DNA of 64,000 nucleotides from Labilithrix sp. (GCA_046351255.1 JAXLYU010000009.1:293975-357974), one strand, 5' to 3'; shown: positions 47,612-57,636, counted from the first letter of the stretch. Translations and numbers: made by a program. The notes: a model not told the origin generated them from the letters alone.

Positions 47612-48886
47612 CTAGGAACAGCCGTCGGTGCCCGGGGGGAGCTGGCTGCACGGCGCGCAGAGCTCGCCGTCCGGACAGTCTCGCGTGATCATCTCGGCGA
47701 AGCGGCTCTTCAATCCGAGGATGGTGCAGTCCGAGACGCAGATCCCCTTGTTGCCGAGCAGCGTGCAGGGCCGGGCAGGCGACACCTTCACGAGGGGATT
47801 CGGGGCGCAGATCGGCGTGTCGCCGGTGCAGGTGTCCGGGCCGAGCGTCCCGTTCGTCGCCGCGTCACCGACCGCCGCCTTCGGAACGCATCGCCCTCCT
47901 TCGCCGCAGCACGTGGCGAACATCTTCGGCTTCTCTTTCGGCTGATCGCAGGTCGACTGGTGGCAGACCCCCGTGTCCTCGGCGGTACGCGGGTCGAAGC
48001 AGGGCGCGCAGCGCTCGTCTGCATCGCAGATGTCGCGCGGGAGAATGGCCTTTTGCTCGTTGATCGCCGGAATTCCCACGTTCGCGCAGCGGCCCTCGGC
48101 GCCTCCGATCGCCTTGCAGGTCTTCGGAATGAAGTTCCCGGCGCGGAGGATCGCCTTGAGCGGGGCGCAGACGCCCTTGGAGCAAGGACGGAGCTTCGCT
48201 GCCTGTTCGCCGACGAGCCCCTTGTCGACGCACGCCATGTTCGGCGTGCAGTCGAGCGGCGGCAGGTTCTCGGCGTCGAGGATCGGCTCCTCGAGGGGGC
48301 ACGCGAGGCTCGACGCGAGACCGCCCTTCTTGGGGTTGGCGGCCTCCTTTGCCTTGCACTCCGGTGACGGCGGCTCGCCGAGCGAGCAGATGCCGGTGTC
48401 CTCGCCCGTCAGCGGGTTCTGGCAAGGCGCGCAGACCTGCTCACCCTCGCACTGGTCCTCGGTCTGGCTCTTGAGGAAGTCGTACTTCGCGAGGAGCTCC
48501 TTCGCGAGCGGCCAGAAGCAGCGACCCTCGAGATCGCGGACGGTGCACTTCTTCAACGTGACGTTCGAGCCATTCTTGACGAGCGTCTCGGGCATGCAGA
48601 CCTGTGTGTCCTTGCACCCCGCCTGCTCGAACTTGTCCGCGAACACGCCGAGGAACACCTTCGGCGTGCAGCGCCCGGCGGAGCCCTTCGTGCCCTTGCA
48701 TGCGGTGAGGATCGAGACGTCCGGCATGCCGGCCATCGGCGCGCGACACTCGGCGGCGGTCGTCACGGACTCGGTCTTGATGTCCTGGCTGAGGTCGCCA
48801 TACGGGTCGACCTTCGCGCACGCAGCGACGAGCAGTGCAACCGTTGCCGTGACCGCGAGACCGCGCATGAGCGCCGCCTGCAGCAA
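47612..48886 (-). CDS. Cys-rich repeat lipoprotein (424 aa, about 40 Cys, four degenerate modules)
   Basis: Signal plus lipobox (MRGLAVTATVALLVAACAK). Recurring modules CxPCx(2-6)TGEDTG(I/V)C, i.e. QVCAPCQNPLTGEDTGICS, ERCAPCFDPRTAEDTGVCH, GELCAPCSQLPPGTDGCS. Confidence 0.55.
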   Translation of the reverse strand: MLQAALMRGLAVTATVALLVAACAKVDPYGDLSQDIKTESVTTAAECRAPMAGMPDVSILTACKGTKGSAGRCTPKVFLGVFADKFEQAGCKDTQVCMPETLVKNGSNVTLKKCTVRDLEGRCFWPLAKELLAKYDFLKSQTEDQCEGEQVCAPCQNPLTGEDTGICSLGEPPSPECKAKEAANPKKGGLASSLACPLEEPILDAENLPPLDCTPNMACVDKGLVGEQAAKLRPCSKGVCAPLKAILRAGNFIPKTCKAIGGAEGRCANVGIPAINEQKAILPRDICDADERCAPCFDPRTAEDTGVCHQSTCDQPKEKPKMFATCCGEGGRCVPKAAVGDAATNGTLGPDTCTGDTPICAPNPLVKVSPARPCTLLGNKGICVSDCTILGLKSRFAEMITRDCPDGELCAPCSQLPPGTDGCS

Positions 48887-49033
48887 TCGACGTACCCTCC
48901 ACTGTTACGCGAAATTTCCGCGGTTCTTCCGATCCCAGCCGCGCGGGCGCCTGTTTCCCGGGAGTTACACAAGGTGGGCCCCAGATCCGGCGCCCTTCGC
49001 CTACACGCCGCGGCCAGGTGCGACGGTGCGCGG

Positions 49034-49450
49034 TCAGGCGACGCCGCGCGGCGGTGCGTTCGGACCGGCGAGGGCACGCCACATCTCGGCGGGGCTCGTC
49101 ACGCGGAGGATCGGGCCGAGCTCCTCGTGCGCGGCGTCGTCGAGGGCGCCGGCCTGGCGCTCCGCTTCCGCCGAGGTGACGAGGGCCGAGGCGGCTCCCA
49201 CCTCCGACTCGAACTGCACGACGAGCCGCGCCGCGGTGGCGAGCTCGAAGACGAAGTCGCACGCGCCGCGGAGCTCGCCGATCAGGTTCATCATGCAGCC
49301 GTCGAAGTCGAAGCCCCAGATCTCGATCTGCGCGGTCGGCAGGTCGAGGCGGCCCTCGCCGTACTCGTCGACCTTGCCGTAGCGTGCGATCACGTCCGAG
49401 GCGGCGCGATACTCCTCGTCCGTCATCTCGAGCTCGGCGTACGTCTCCAT
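49034..49450 (-). CDS. Small acidic hypothetical protein (about 138 aa)
   Basis: Internal Met METYAELEMTDEEYRAAS... Protein-like composition. No motif. Confidence 0.35.
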   Translation of the reverse strand: METYAELEMTDEEYRAASDVIARYGKVDEYGEGRLDLPTAQIEIWGFDFDGCMMNLIGELRGACDFVFELATAARLVVQFESEVGAASALVTSAEAERQAGALDDAAHEELGPILRVTSPAEMWRALAGPNAPPRGVA

Positions 49451-49541
49451 CGCGCCCGTGAACGGGCTCTTTCGCGCCCGCGGCGGACCGCGATGCGTGC
49501 CGCGAACGGCGATCTCGATTCCCACCCGGCGGGCCGCTCCG

Positions 49542-50621
49542 TCAGGGAGGCGCGGAGCCTGGCATCTCGCTCGCGGCGGAGCTCGCCGCCGAGCGCGCTG
49601 CCCGGTACGGGCGGACGTATTTCTCGAAGAACTTCGCCTTGAAGTCGCGGTACGAGCTGACGCCGCCGAGGAGGCGAAGGAGGCAGATGAGGCCCCACGC
49701 CGTGTCGAGCTGCCACCAGAGGAAGCCCGAGCGCGCGCCGCCCGGATAAGCGTGGTGGTTATTGTGCCACTCGCCGGAGACGGTGCCGGCGAAGAGCTGG
49801 TTGATCGACAGATCCTCGCGATTGAAGTCGACGCCGTCGCGCCGCTTGTCCTTGCCGCAGCCGTGCGCGTCGTAGTTGAAATCGCGAATGCCGACCGCCC
49901 AGATGGCCGAGAGCCCGAAGATCGCGCAGGCGAGGCCGTGGCCGCCCATCAGGTAGAACGCGCCGTACCAGAATGCCCAGTTGAGCGCGTAATGGGCATA
50001 CGCCCGCGCCGGATGGGTGACGGTGCCCCAGCGCTGGTACTGCTCGTAGTCGTTGCAGATGAGGCCCGTGTGCTTGAGCATCGAGACCGCGCGGCCGTAG
50101 TCCTCGCGCGAGAGGTTCTGCGCGATGCCCTGATGCAGCTCTCCCGCGAGGAGGCAGTAGAGGCGGCCACCGTGGACGTTGTACGGATCGCCCGGCTGCT
50201 CCGTGAATGCATGATGCACGTGATGGGAGAGGACGTACGCCTCCTCCGGCACGATGCGGATCGTCAGGTTGCGGATGACGAAGCGGTAGATGGGATGGCT
50301 GAACGTGAACGCGCGATGCGTGCAGTACCGGTGCAGCCACACGATGTTGACGGTGCCGAGCCCGACCATCGCGTAGAGGAAGCCGATCAGCAGCAGCGGC
50401 CAGCTGAAGTAGCGCGTGAAGAACACGACCGCGAACGGCAGGAGGCACAGCGTCCAGAACCAGCCCGAGAACGCGAACCAGTTCTTCCGCGTGCGGAACG
50501 GGTTCACCTTCGTGATCCAGTACGCCATGATCTCGCGCACGGTCGGCGCGTAGAACTGACCGTCCCGCGACCAACCGTACGCGGGCGGCTCGAGAACGCG
50601 GCGGAGGAAGGAATCGTTCAT
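49542..50621 (-). CDS. Membrane fatty-acid desaturase (acyl-CoA/acyl-lipid desaturase family)
   Basis: Three His boxes: HRYCTHR, HHVHH and HNNHHAYP. TM segments lie between them. Confidence 0.85.
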   Translation of the reverse strand: MNDSFLRRVLEPPAYGWSRDGQFYAPTVREIMAYWITKVNPFRTRKNWFAFSGWFWTLCLLPFAVVFFTRYFSWPLLLIGFLYAMVGLGTVNIVWLHRYCTHRAFTFSHPIYRFVIRNLTIRIVPEEAYVLSHHVHHAFTEQPGDPYNVHGGRLYCLLAGELHQGIAQNLSREDYGRAVSMLKHTGLICNDYEQYQRWGTVTHPARAYAHYALNWAFWYGAFYLMGGHGLACAIFGLSAIWAVGIRDFNYDAHGCGKDKRRDGVDFNREDLSINQLFAGTVSGEWHNNHHAYPGGARSGFLWWQLDTAWGLICLLRLLGGVSSYRDFKAKFFEKYVRPYRAARSAASSAASEMPGSAPP

Positions 50622-50793
50622 GAACGTACCCTGAGGCTACGAGTCTCCGGGTTAGGTGCCCCCGAATCGGTGCGGCGTAAATGAGTTTCGCGACCGTCCC
50701 GGTCGAGCTTCCGCCGGGCCCCCCGAAGACCAACAATCCTCGCATTTTCGGGGGGTGACGAGCGCGAACGCCGATCGTGGCTACGCTCAAGGT

Positions 50794-51849
50794 ATGGCCA
50801 GCAGTTGGGGCCGCGGTCTCCTCGGTGCAGCGTGGTTGTCGCTTCTCGTGCTTCCCCACGGTTGGGATGGCGGCGGAGAGGCCCGCGCCGCGGACTCCTC
50901 CCCCGAGATCCCGATGCTCCCGCCCGACCCGCTCGCGATGTCCGCGACGCTGGAGCAGGGATGGATGGTGCGGGTGTTCGACACCTCATCCATCGCGGCG
51001 ACCCTCGGGGAGCCGGAGGTCCAGGTCGGCGCGACGTACGTGAACGATCACTCCTTCGTGCAGGCGACGGACGGCACCTGGCACATGTTCGGCATCTGGC
51101 ATCGCGAGCCCTTCGGTCCCGAGACCGAGGTCGACTTCATCCACGCCGTCGCGCGTGAGCCCGACCCGGCAAGGTGGGACGAGGGCACGTTCGAGGTCGC
51201 GGCGCGTCCGTACACGGTCGCGCTCCACGCCGACGCGGCCATCGGCGAGACGCACATCTGGGCGCCGCACGTCGTCGCGGCGGAGGGGCGTTACTGGATG
51301 GTCTACCAGGGCGGCGGCGCGGATCGCGATCGCTCGTCGATCCGCCTCGCCGAGTCCACCGATCTGTATCGATGGACACGCGTGGGCCAGCTCCCGCTCT
51401 TCGAGGACATCTGCGAGGCGCGCGACCCGATGCTGGTCCGCAAGGACGGTCTCTGGGTGATGTACTACACGCGCTGCGAGTCGACGTCGTCGCGCACGAG
51501 CGGCGTCGCCTATCGACTCTCGCGAAACCTCACGCAGTGGTCCGAGCCGCACATGGTGCTCACGCTCGATGACGCTCCGCACATTCCCAACTCGGGTTAC
51601 ACGGAGTCGCCATTCGTCTTCGAGCGAAACCAGTATCATTATCTCTCCGTGACCTCGTATCCGTTGCGCTGGGACACGACGATGCTGTATCGCTCCCCCG
51701 CGCCGTACGCCTTCCCGGACGCCCCCTTCACCCGTCTTCGCGGCCACGCCGGCGAGTGGCTCACCAGCGCGAGCGGCCGCCGCGTCTACCTCACCCACGC
51801 CGGCCCCGGCCAGAGCGGGGTCCTGATGTCCGAGATCACGGGCCTCTGA
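50794..51849 (+). CDS. Secreted GH43/GH32-superfamily-like beta-propeller glycosidase
   Basis: Signal-like N-terminus (LGAAWLSLLVLP). Blade-like segments with conserved Asp/Glu in W-rich contexts (DGTWHMFGIWH, IWAPHVVAAEGRYWMVYQ, DPMLVRKDGLWVMYYT, ESPFVFERNQYHYLSV). Family-level call only. Confidence 0.55.
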   Translation: MASSWGRGLLGAAWLSLLVLPHGWDGGGEARAADSSPEIPMLPPDPLAMSATLEQGWMVRVFDTSSIAATLGEPEVQVGATYVNDHSFVQATDGTWHMFGIWHREPFGPETEVDFIHAVAREPDPARWDEGTFEVAARPYTVALHADAAIGETHIWAPHVVAAEGRYWMVYQGGGADRDRSSIRLAESTDLYRWTRVGQLPLFEDICEARDPMLVRKDGLWVMYYTRCESTSSRTSGVAYRLSRNLTQWSEPHMVLTLDDAPHIPNSGYTESPFVFERNQYHYLSVTSYPLRWDTTMLYRSPAPYAFPDAPFTRLRGHAGEWLTSASGRRVYLTHAGPGQSGVLMSEITGL

Positions 51850-51920
51850 TCGCGGCCCAGAGCCGCCCGCGCAAGAGCGCCGTGTCGACACGAGCGGGCA
51901 ACACCCTCTAGGCTTCGCAC

Positions 51921-52694
51921 GTGGAGTTTGGCGCGGACGAGCTCACGAGCGACGCCATCACCGCGTCCTTCCGGCTGATCCAGCGACGGCGCGGGCATCG
52001 GTTCTCGGTCGATGACCTCGCGACGGCGTGGGAAGCGGTGCACGCCGCGCCCGACGCGACCACGTTCCTCGATCTCGGCTGCGGGATCGGGTCCGTGCTC
52101 CTGATGGTCGCCTGGCGGCTCCCCGCCGCGCGCGGATTCGGCATCGAGGCGCAGGACGTCAGCATCGAGCTCGCGCGGCGCAACGTGCGGGAGAACGGCC
52201 TCGACGAGCGCGTGCGCCTCTTCCACGGCGACCTCCGCGAGGTCACGCGCGGCTGGCCTCATGGCACGTGCGCGCTCGTGACGGGGACGCCTCCGTACTT
52301 GCCGCTGGGCACCGCGTCGCCCTCGCCGGATCCGCAGCGCGCCGCGGCTCGGATCGAGCTCCGCGGCGGCGTCGAGGACTACCTGGCGGCGGCCTCTCTC
52401 GTGCTCTCGCCGGACGGCGTCGTCGTCGTCTGTGCCGACGGTCGCCATCCCGACCGCGTGACGCGCGGGGCGGCGGCGGCGGCGCTCGTGCCCGTGCGGC
52501 GCGTCGACATCGTTCCTCGGGCCGGCCGCGGCGCGCTCTTCTCCGTGTGGACGTGCACCCGTGCCTCGCGCGGCGCGCTCGATCACGGGGAGGTGATCAT
52601 GCGCGACGAGAACGGCGAGCGCACCGAGGCGAGCCTGGCGATGCGCCGTACGTTCGGCCTCGATCAGCCTCTCGTCACGAGCACCTCATCATAA
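51921..52694 (+). CDS. Class I SAM-dependent methyltransferase with a (D/N)PPY-type motif (N6-adenine/N-methyltransferase-like)
   Basis: Motif I is FLDLGCGIGSV. VTGTPPY is a PPY catalytic motif. GTG start. Confidence 0.7.
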   Translation: MEFGADELTSDAITASFRLIQRRRGHRFSVDDLATAWEAVHAAPDATTFLDLGCGIGSVLLMVAWRLPAARGFGIEAQDVSIELARRNVRENGLDERVRLFHGDLREVTRGWPHGTCALVTGTPPYLPLGTASPSPDPQRAAARIELRGGVEDYLAAASLVLSPDGVVVVCADGRHPDRVTRGAAAAALVPVRRVDIVPRAGRGALFSVWTCTRASRGALDHGEVIMRDENGERTEASLAMRRTFGLDQPLVTSTSS

Positions 52695-53491
52695 CGCCCG
52701 ACGCGCTCGAAGCCGAGCTCGCGATAAAGGGCAATCGCTGCCGCGTTGTCACTGGCGACATTGAGGCCAATCAGGTCGATCGACTGGCGGGCGAGGGATT
52801 GACCGACGGCCGCGGTGGCGACGCGCGCCAGGCCCTGCCGGCGCGCGGCGGGGGCGGTCGCGATATTACCGAGGGCCGCGACGCGGAGCGCACGCGACAC
52901 GACGTGCACACCCGCCACGCAGGCGAGCTCACCGTCTCTCCGAACTCCGAAGTACGTCCCCGTCTCGAGCATGCGTGCGTCGAACCAGTTGCCTGGATAG
53001 GCCCCGCGATAGAACGCGAGCGTGGCGTCGATGTCGCCGGAGCCGAGCGCGATCGCCTCCGCCGAGTCGATCGCCTCGAGCCGCGCCGGAGAGGTGAGGA
53101 CCATCCGATCGTGCAGGCCGTGGGGCTCGCGCGTCATGGAAGGCAACGCGTCGAGGATCCCTGGCACGAGATGCGCGTAGAAGCGCGCCGGGAGCGCGGG
53201 CTCGAGCTCGATCAGGAGCCGGCGGGCCGCGTCTCTCCCGTCCTCACCGCCGAGGAGGAGGAGGACCGGCAGCTCGGTGGCGCGGTACATCAGCGCCAGC
53301 GCCTCGATCTCTCCATTCGCCGCGGCGAGCGCGTGCCACTCCGTGTGCGGCCAGAAGAAGTCGTCCAGATCGCCGAGCTCGTAGAGATGCATCGGGGCAT
53401 CGCGGCGTAGCCAGCTTTCGATGGCGCCTCGGTCGTGCAATCGGACGAGCGGCATGCGCCGAGGATACGCGGGGCTGCGGTCGTGGTTCAT
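52664..53491 (-). CDS. GNAT-family N-acetyltransferase
   Basis: C-terminal acetyl-CoA-binding pattern (..ALGNIATAPAARRQGLARV..; ..NAAAIALYRELGFERVG). The start may alternatively be the MPLVRL Met 12 codons downstream. Confidence 0.6.
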   Translation of the reverse strand: MNHDRSPAYPRRMPLVRLHDRGAIESWLRRDAPMHLYELGDLDDFFWPHTEWHALAAANGEIEALALMYRATELPVLLLLGGEDGRDAARRLLIELEPALPARFYAHLVPGILDALPSMTREPHGLHDRMVLTSPARLEAIDSAEAIALGSGDIDATLAFYRGAYPGNWFDARMLETGTYFGVRRDGELACVAGVHVVSRALRVAALGNIATAPAARRQGLARVATAAVGQSLARQSIDLIGLNVASDNAAAIALYRELGFERVGRYDEVLVTRG

Positions 53492-53631
53492 CTTTGCCTC
53501 GATGATCTCTTCATCGGGCGGCGAAAACCGATGACGAAGACGCCTCCGAGCTCGGCACCGATGCGGTCGCCGCGCTGGAGGCGCATTCGTGGCCCGGGAG
53601 TATTCCCGAGGTGCGAAACGTGGTGGAGCGA

Positions 53632-54816
53632 CTATTTCTTTTCGCACTTGCTGGCGACGCAGCTGAGCGCCTTGTCGCAGGCCTGCGCGTTCACGCAGAC
53701 GCCGCCCTGGACGGAGCCGCTGAAGCCGCCGCTGAAGCCCCCGCTCACCGCCCACCCGCCGGAAATGCTCCCGCTCACGCTCCCGCTGAAGCCGCCGCTG
53801 AAGCTGCTGTTGAAGCTGCTGTTGAAGCCTCCGTTGACATTGCCGTTGATGTTGCTGCTGATGCTCCCCGAATATCCCCCCGAGAACCCGCCGGTGTAGA
53901 AGGCGCTCGACGACCAGCTCGCGGAGTAGCTGCTGGAATAGCCGCCGTAGAGGCTGCCGCTGATGCCGCCCTGGACCTGGAAGCCGCCGGCGATGACGAT
54001 CTGGCCGTCGGCCTGAAAGGACCACGGCGCGCCCCAGACGATCGCGCCCGCGTTTCCGGTCCAGCTCGCGCAGGTCTTGTCGTCGTCGCGCTCGGCGTCA
54101 TCGGCGTGCGGCGTCAGCGAGGCCCACGACGAGTTTACTTTGACCCCGGCGTGGAGCTCGACGCTCGGCCAGATGAGGCAGACGTTGATGGCGTCGATCT
54201 TCACGCTCGCCGCGTCCTCCACCTTCGGACCATCGGCGTCACGAGAGTCGTCCATCGAGGAGCTCGGGTCGTCCGAGTGGTCGGGCATCGAGTCCGGCGT
54301 CGACTCGGGCGCCAGGGTCTTCGCCTCGGTGGTGGCGGAGACGTTGCCGAGGTCGAGCTCGCCGGCGGAGCTCGCGCCGAACCACTGGCTCGAGCCCGAG
54401 CCGCTCTCGAAGGAGACGTGGCCGATCTTCACCTGACCGCCGCCGACGAGCTGGTTCACGAAGACGATGCGGTACGACGCACCGACGGGGACCTCCAGGG
54501 TGAACTCGCCGTCGTGATCGAGAAACGACCAGTACGTCGTCTGATCCTCCGCGATCGCCAGCGCACGCGTGTTGTCGAGCGCGATGGTCGACTCGGCGAG
54601 CTTGCCGCGGACGACGGTGACGCCCGCGCCGCCGTTGGTCTTTGCGTCGCCGGACTTCGCCTCCGGCGTCGCCGGATCGGCCGGCGCCGAGCCGTTGCTC
54701 GCCGCGACGTCATCGGCGCCCGGCGCGGGCTGTTCGTCCGACGCGTCGTGGCCGCAGCCCGACGCGAAGGCGAGGATGACAACCGAGGCAAACGAGAGAG
54801 CGAGGCTGGTGCGCAT
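53632..54816 (-). CDS. Lipoprotein with a Gly/Ser-rich (GGFSG/SSFN) repetitive C-terminal region
   Basis: Signal plus lipobox (MRTSLALSFASVVILAFASGC). The C-terminal roughly 120 aa are almost entirely G/S/F/N/Y repeats (GGFSGGYSGSISSNINGNVNGGFNSSFNSSFSGGFSGS..). The protein ends CVASKCEKK. Confidence 0.5.
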   Translation of the reverse strand: MRTSLALSFASVVILAFASGCGHDASDEQPAPGADDVAASNGSAPADPATPEAKSGDAKTNGGAGVTVVRGKLAESTIALDNTRALAIAEDQTTYWSFLDHDGEFTLEVPVGASYRIVFVNQLVGGGQVKIGHVSFESGSGSSQWFGASSAGELDLGNVSATTEAKTLAPESTPDSMPDHSDDPSSSMDDSRDADGPKVEDAASVKIDAINVCLIWPSVELHAGVKVNSSWASLTPHADDAERDDDKTCASWTGNAGAIVWGAPWSFQADGQIVIAGGFQVQGGISGSLYGGYSSSYSASWSSSAFYTGGFSGGYSGSISSNINGNVNGGFNSSFNSSFSGGFSGSVSGSISGGWAVSGGFSGGFSGSVQGGVCVNAQACDKALSCVASKCEKK

Positions 54817-55123
54817 TGAGGTTCTCCTTGTCGCGAGTACGCCGACAACGACTGCAGCCCCGATGCCACGTGCGGTGACGCCGAAGTTTTCTCGGGAATG
54901 TGCACGGAACGCCGTCCTCGAGGCGCACCCGAGGCGCTCGCCGCGGAACCAGGAGTTCCGTTTTGCGGAACGACGACTTCCGCGAGCTCCTCCCACGGCT
55001 GTGACCGCCGAGGTGGCCCAGGAACGATCCGTGAGACCAACGAAAGGACAATGAAATCATAGGCCAAGCGATGCGGGCGCCGGCCATCAAGGGCGGCACG
55101 TCCACTGCAATCCTCCATGGACG

Positions 55124-56311
55124 ATGAAACGCGGAGCCACCCTCGCCGTCTCGACGCCGACCCTCTTCACGGACCTGGACGAGGAGAGCGGGATTCGCGT
55201 CCGGCCTCCGAGCGTGGTCTCGGACGCGATCGCATCGGGTGGGATGGCGTCCGTGCATCTCGTCGCGAGCGGTGATGATGGCCGGCTCTTCGCGGTGAAG
55301 CGTCTCCATCCACATCTCGCGAAGGACGAGTACTTCACCTCGATGCTCCTCGACGAGGCGACGCTCGCGGCTGCCATCCGTCACGAGAACGTGGTGACGA
55401 CGTACGGGATCGATCACTACGAAGGTACGCCGTGCGTCGTCATGGACTACGTGCCCGGGCTCAGCGCGAGCGACGTGATCCGTCTGGCGCATCCGGCGGG
55501 CGTGCCGATCCCATTCGCGCTCAAGATCGCGGCCGACGCGCTTCGCGGGCTGCATGCGGCGCACGAAGCCTGTGACGCCTTCGGTCGCCCCCTCCAGATC
55601 GTCCATCGTGACGTGTCCCCTCAGAACATCCTGGTGGGCGCCGACGGCGTCACGCGGATGCTCGACTTCGGCATCGCGAAGGCAGCGCATCGCATCCACT
55701 CGACGCGGCCGGGCGACGTCAAAGGCAAGCTCGCGTACATGTCGCCCGAGCAGCTCATGGGCGCCGACGTCGATCGCCGATCCGATCTTCGCGCCGTTGG
55801 CGTCGTGCTCTGGGAGATGCTCACCGGTGCTCCGCTCTTCCACATGAAGCGCGAGGAGGACACGGTCGAGAAGATCATCCGGGGTCGCGTCCGGCGACCG
55901 AGCGAGCTCGTGAGCGACCTGCCGGCGGAGATCGACGCGATCGTGATGCGCGCGCTCTCGCTGCATCCCGCGGATCGCTTCGCCACCGCGCTCGAGATGG
56001 CGCAGGCGATCGAGGCGGTCGCGTTTCGCTATTTCGTCACCGCGCGGCAGGTCGGCGAGTGGGTCCACTCCATTGGCTTCGAGGTGCTCGACGAGCGCGA
56101 GCGCGTCAGCGCGAACCTCCAGGACACGATCTCGTTCATGCCGACGCTCGTCCGTCCGAGCCAGGCTCCGGCTCCGGAGCCGAAGCGCGCATGGACACCG
56201 AAGCGGCTCTTCTCGCGGCTGAGCGAGCCCGCGCTCCTCGTCTTTTCGGCGCTCCTCGTCGCCGCTGGCAGCGGGTTCTACCTGACCCGCGCGCGGATCA
56301 TTCGCAAGTAG
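55124..56311 (+). CDS. Ser/Thr protein kinase with a C-terminal TM anchor
   Basis: GGMASVHL, AVKRL, HRDVSPQNIL, DFGIAK and SPEQ motifs. Terminal hydrophobic helix ALLVFSALLVAAGSGFYL. Confidence 0.85.
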   Translation: MKRGATLAVSTPTLFTDLDEESGIRVRPPSVVSDAIASGGMASVHLVASGDDGRLFAVKRLHPHLAKDEYFTSMLLDEATLAAAIRHENVVTTYGIDHYEGTPCVVMDYVPGLSASDVIRLAHPAGVPIPFALKIAADALRGLHAAHEACDAFGRPLQIVHRDVSPQNILVGADGVTRMLDFGIAKAAHRIHSTRPGDVKGKLAYMSPEQLMGADVDRRSDLRAVGVVLWEMLTGAPLFHMKREEDTVEKIIRGRVRRPSELVSDLPAEIDAIVMRALSLHPADRFATALEMAQAIEAVAFRYFVTARQVGEWVHSIGFEVLDERERVSANLQDTISFMPTLVRPSQAPAPEPKRAWTPKRLFSRLSEPALLVFSALLVAAGSGFYLTRARIIRK

Positions 56312-57636
56312 CGCTCGCCGATCCCGGACGCGGACGCGGCGCGCGCGACGTCCCCGGCGTGAACCTCGAGGAGGTGCGTCACGTAGCGACGCTCGAACTC
56401 GCGGGTGACGAGCTCGCGGGCACGCGCGAGCTCGAGGTTCTGCGTCACGACATCGTCGATGAAATCCGTCTCGCTCGCGGCGGGGTCGGGCGAGACCGAA
56501 GGCCGTCGCTGCATGAAGAGCTCGCCGTCGCCTTCGCCGAGCGCGGCGAGTCGCGCGATGGTGTTCGCGAGCTCGCGCACGTTTCCGGGCCACGAATGGC
56601 TCTCGAGCCTCGGGAGCACGTCGTCCGGAAACGCCTGGGTGCCGCCAAACTGCTTCCAGAAGAACCGCGCGAGCAGCTCGACGTCTTCCGCGCGCTCGCG
56701 GAGCGGCGGCAGAACGATGCGCGCGACGGCGAGCCGGAAGAAGAGGTCGTCCCGGAAGCGCCCTGCCTGGACCTCGGCGTCGAGATCGCGACGCGTGGCC
56801 GCGAGGATGCGGACATCCACCTTGATCCAGCGATCGCCGCCGAGCCGGCGCACCTCCGCCTTCTGGATCGCGCGGAGGAGCTTCGCCTGCAATGACTTGT
56901 CGAGGTCGCCGATCTCGTCGATGAGCAGCGTGCCGCCCTCGGCCTCCTCGAAGACGCCGGGCTTCGAGGTCGCCGCGCCGGTGAACGCGCCGCGCTCGTG
57001 ACCGAAGAGCGCCGCCTCGATGAGGGATCCCGGCACGGCCGTGCAGTCGAAGATGACGAAGGGCTTGCTCGCGCGCGGTCCCTGCGCGTGGATCGCCTCG
57101 GCGAGCGCTTCCTTGCCAGTGCCGGTCTCGCCCTCGATGACGAGCGGCACGTCGGCGCGCGCGAGTCGCTCGCACATGGGATACAGGCGACGCATCGCGA
57201 GGCTCCGCCCGAGATAGGAGCCGAAGCCGTCGTCGCTCGAGATCGCGGCAGGCCTGGCGGCGGCGTCGCGCGTGACCTGGAGCGCGGTCTCGGCGCCGAG
57301 CTCGATCGTCTCGCCGCCCTGGAGGAGCGCCTCGACGACGCGGAGGCCGTTCACGCGCGTGCCGTTCGTCGAGCCCAGATCGCGGAGGCGGAGCCGCGCA
57401 TCCTTCACCTCCAAGCTCACGTGGCGCCTCGAGATTTCAGGGTCGCGGAGGCGGAGGTCGACGACCTCGCTCGTGCCGACGAGGAGCGGCTGCGCGGCGG
57501 ACTCGTCGACGACGAGCGCGGCGCCCGTGTCGGGACCACGCACGGCCTCGATCTTGAACGCAGAGGCGCCGATGACGGGCGACTTCTTCAGCGTCGTCGG
57601 CGCGTTGCTGAGCCAGGAGAGATCGCTCTTGGGCAT
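56278..57636 (-). CDS. FHA-domain sigma-54-dependent transcriptional activator (Fis-family EBP)
   Basis: N-terminal FHA (LRLRDLGSTNGTRVNG). The AAA+ sigma54-interaction domain has GETGTGKE, GAFTGA and the GAFTGA-flanking ESELFGHE-like EAALFGHERGAFTGA. C-terminal HTH (..AASASGIGERYLRMIRAR). Confidence 0.85.
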   Translation of the reverse strand: MPKSDLSWLSNAPTTLKKSPVIGASAFKIEAVRGPDTGAALVVDESAAQPLLVGTSEVVDLRLRDPEISRRHVSLEVKDARLRLRDLGSTNGTRVNGLRVVEALLQGGETIELGAETALQVTRDAAARPAAISSDDGFGSYLGRSLAMRRLYPMCERLARADVPLVIEGETGTGKEALAEAIHAQGPRASKPFVIFDCTAVPGSLIEAALFGHERGAFTGAATSKPGVFEEAEGGTLLIDEIGDLDKSLQAKLLRAIQKAEVRRLGGDRWIKVDVRILAATRRDLDAEVQAGRFRDDLFFRLAVARIVLPPLRERAEDVELLARFFWKQFGGTQAFPDDVLPRLESHSWPGNVRELANTIARLAALGEGDGELFMQRRPSVSPDPAASETDFIDDVVTQNLELARARELVTREFERRYVTHLLEVHAGDVARAASASGIGERYLRMIRARVR

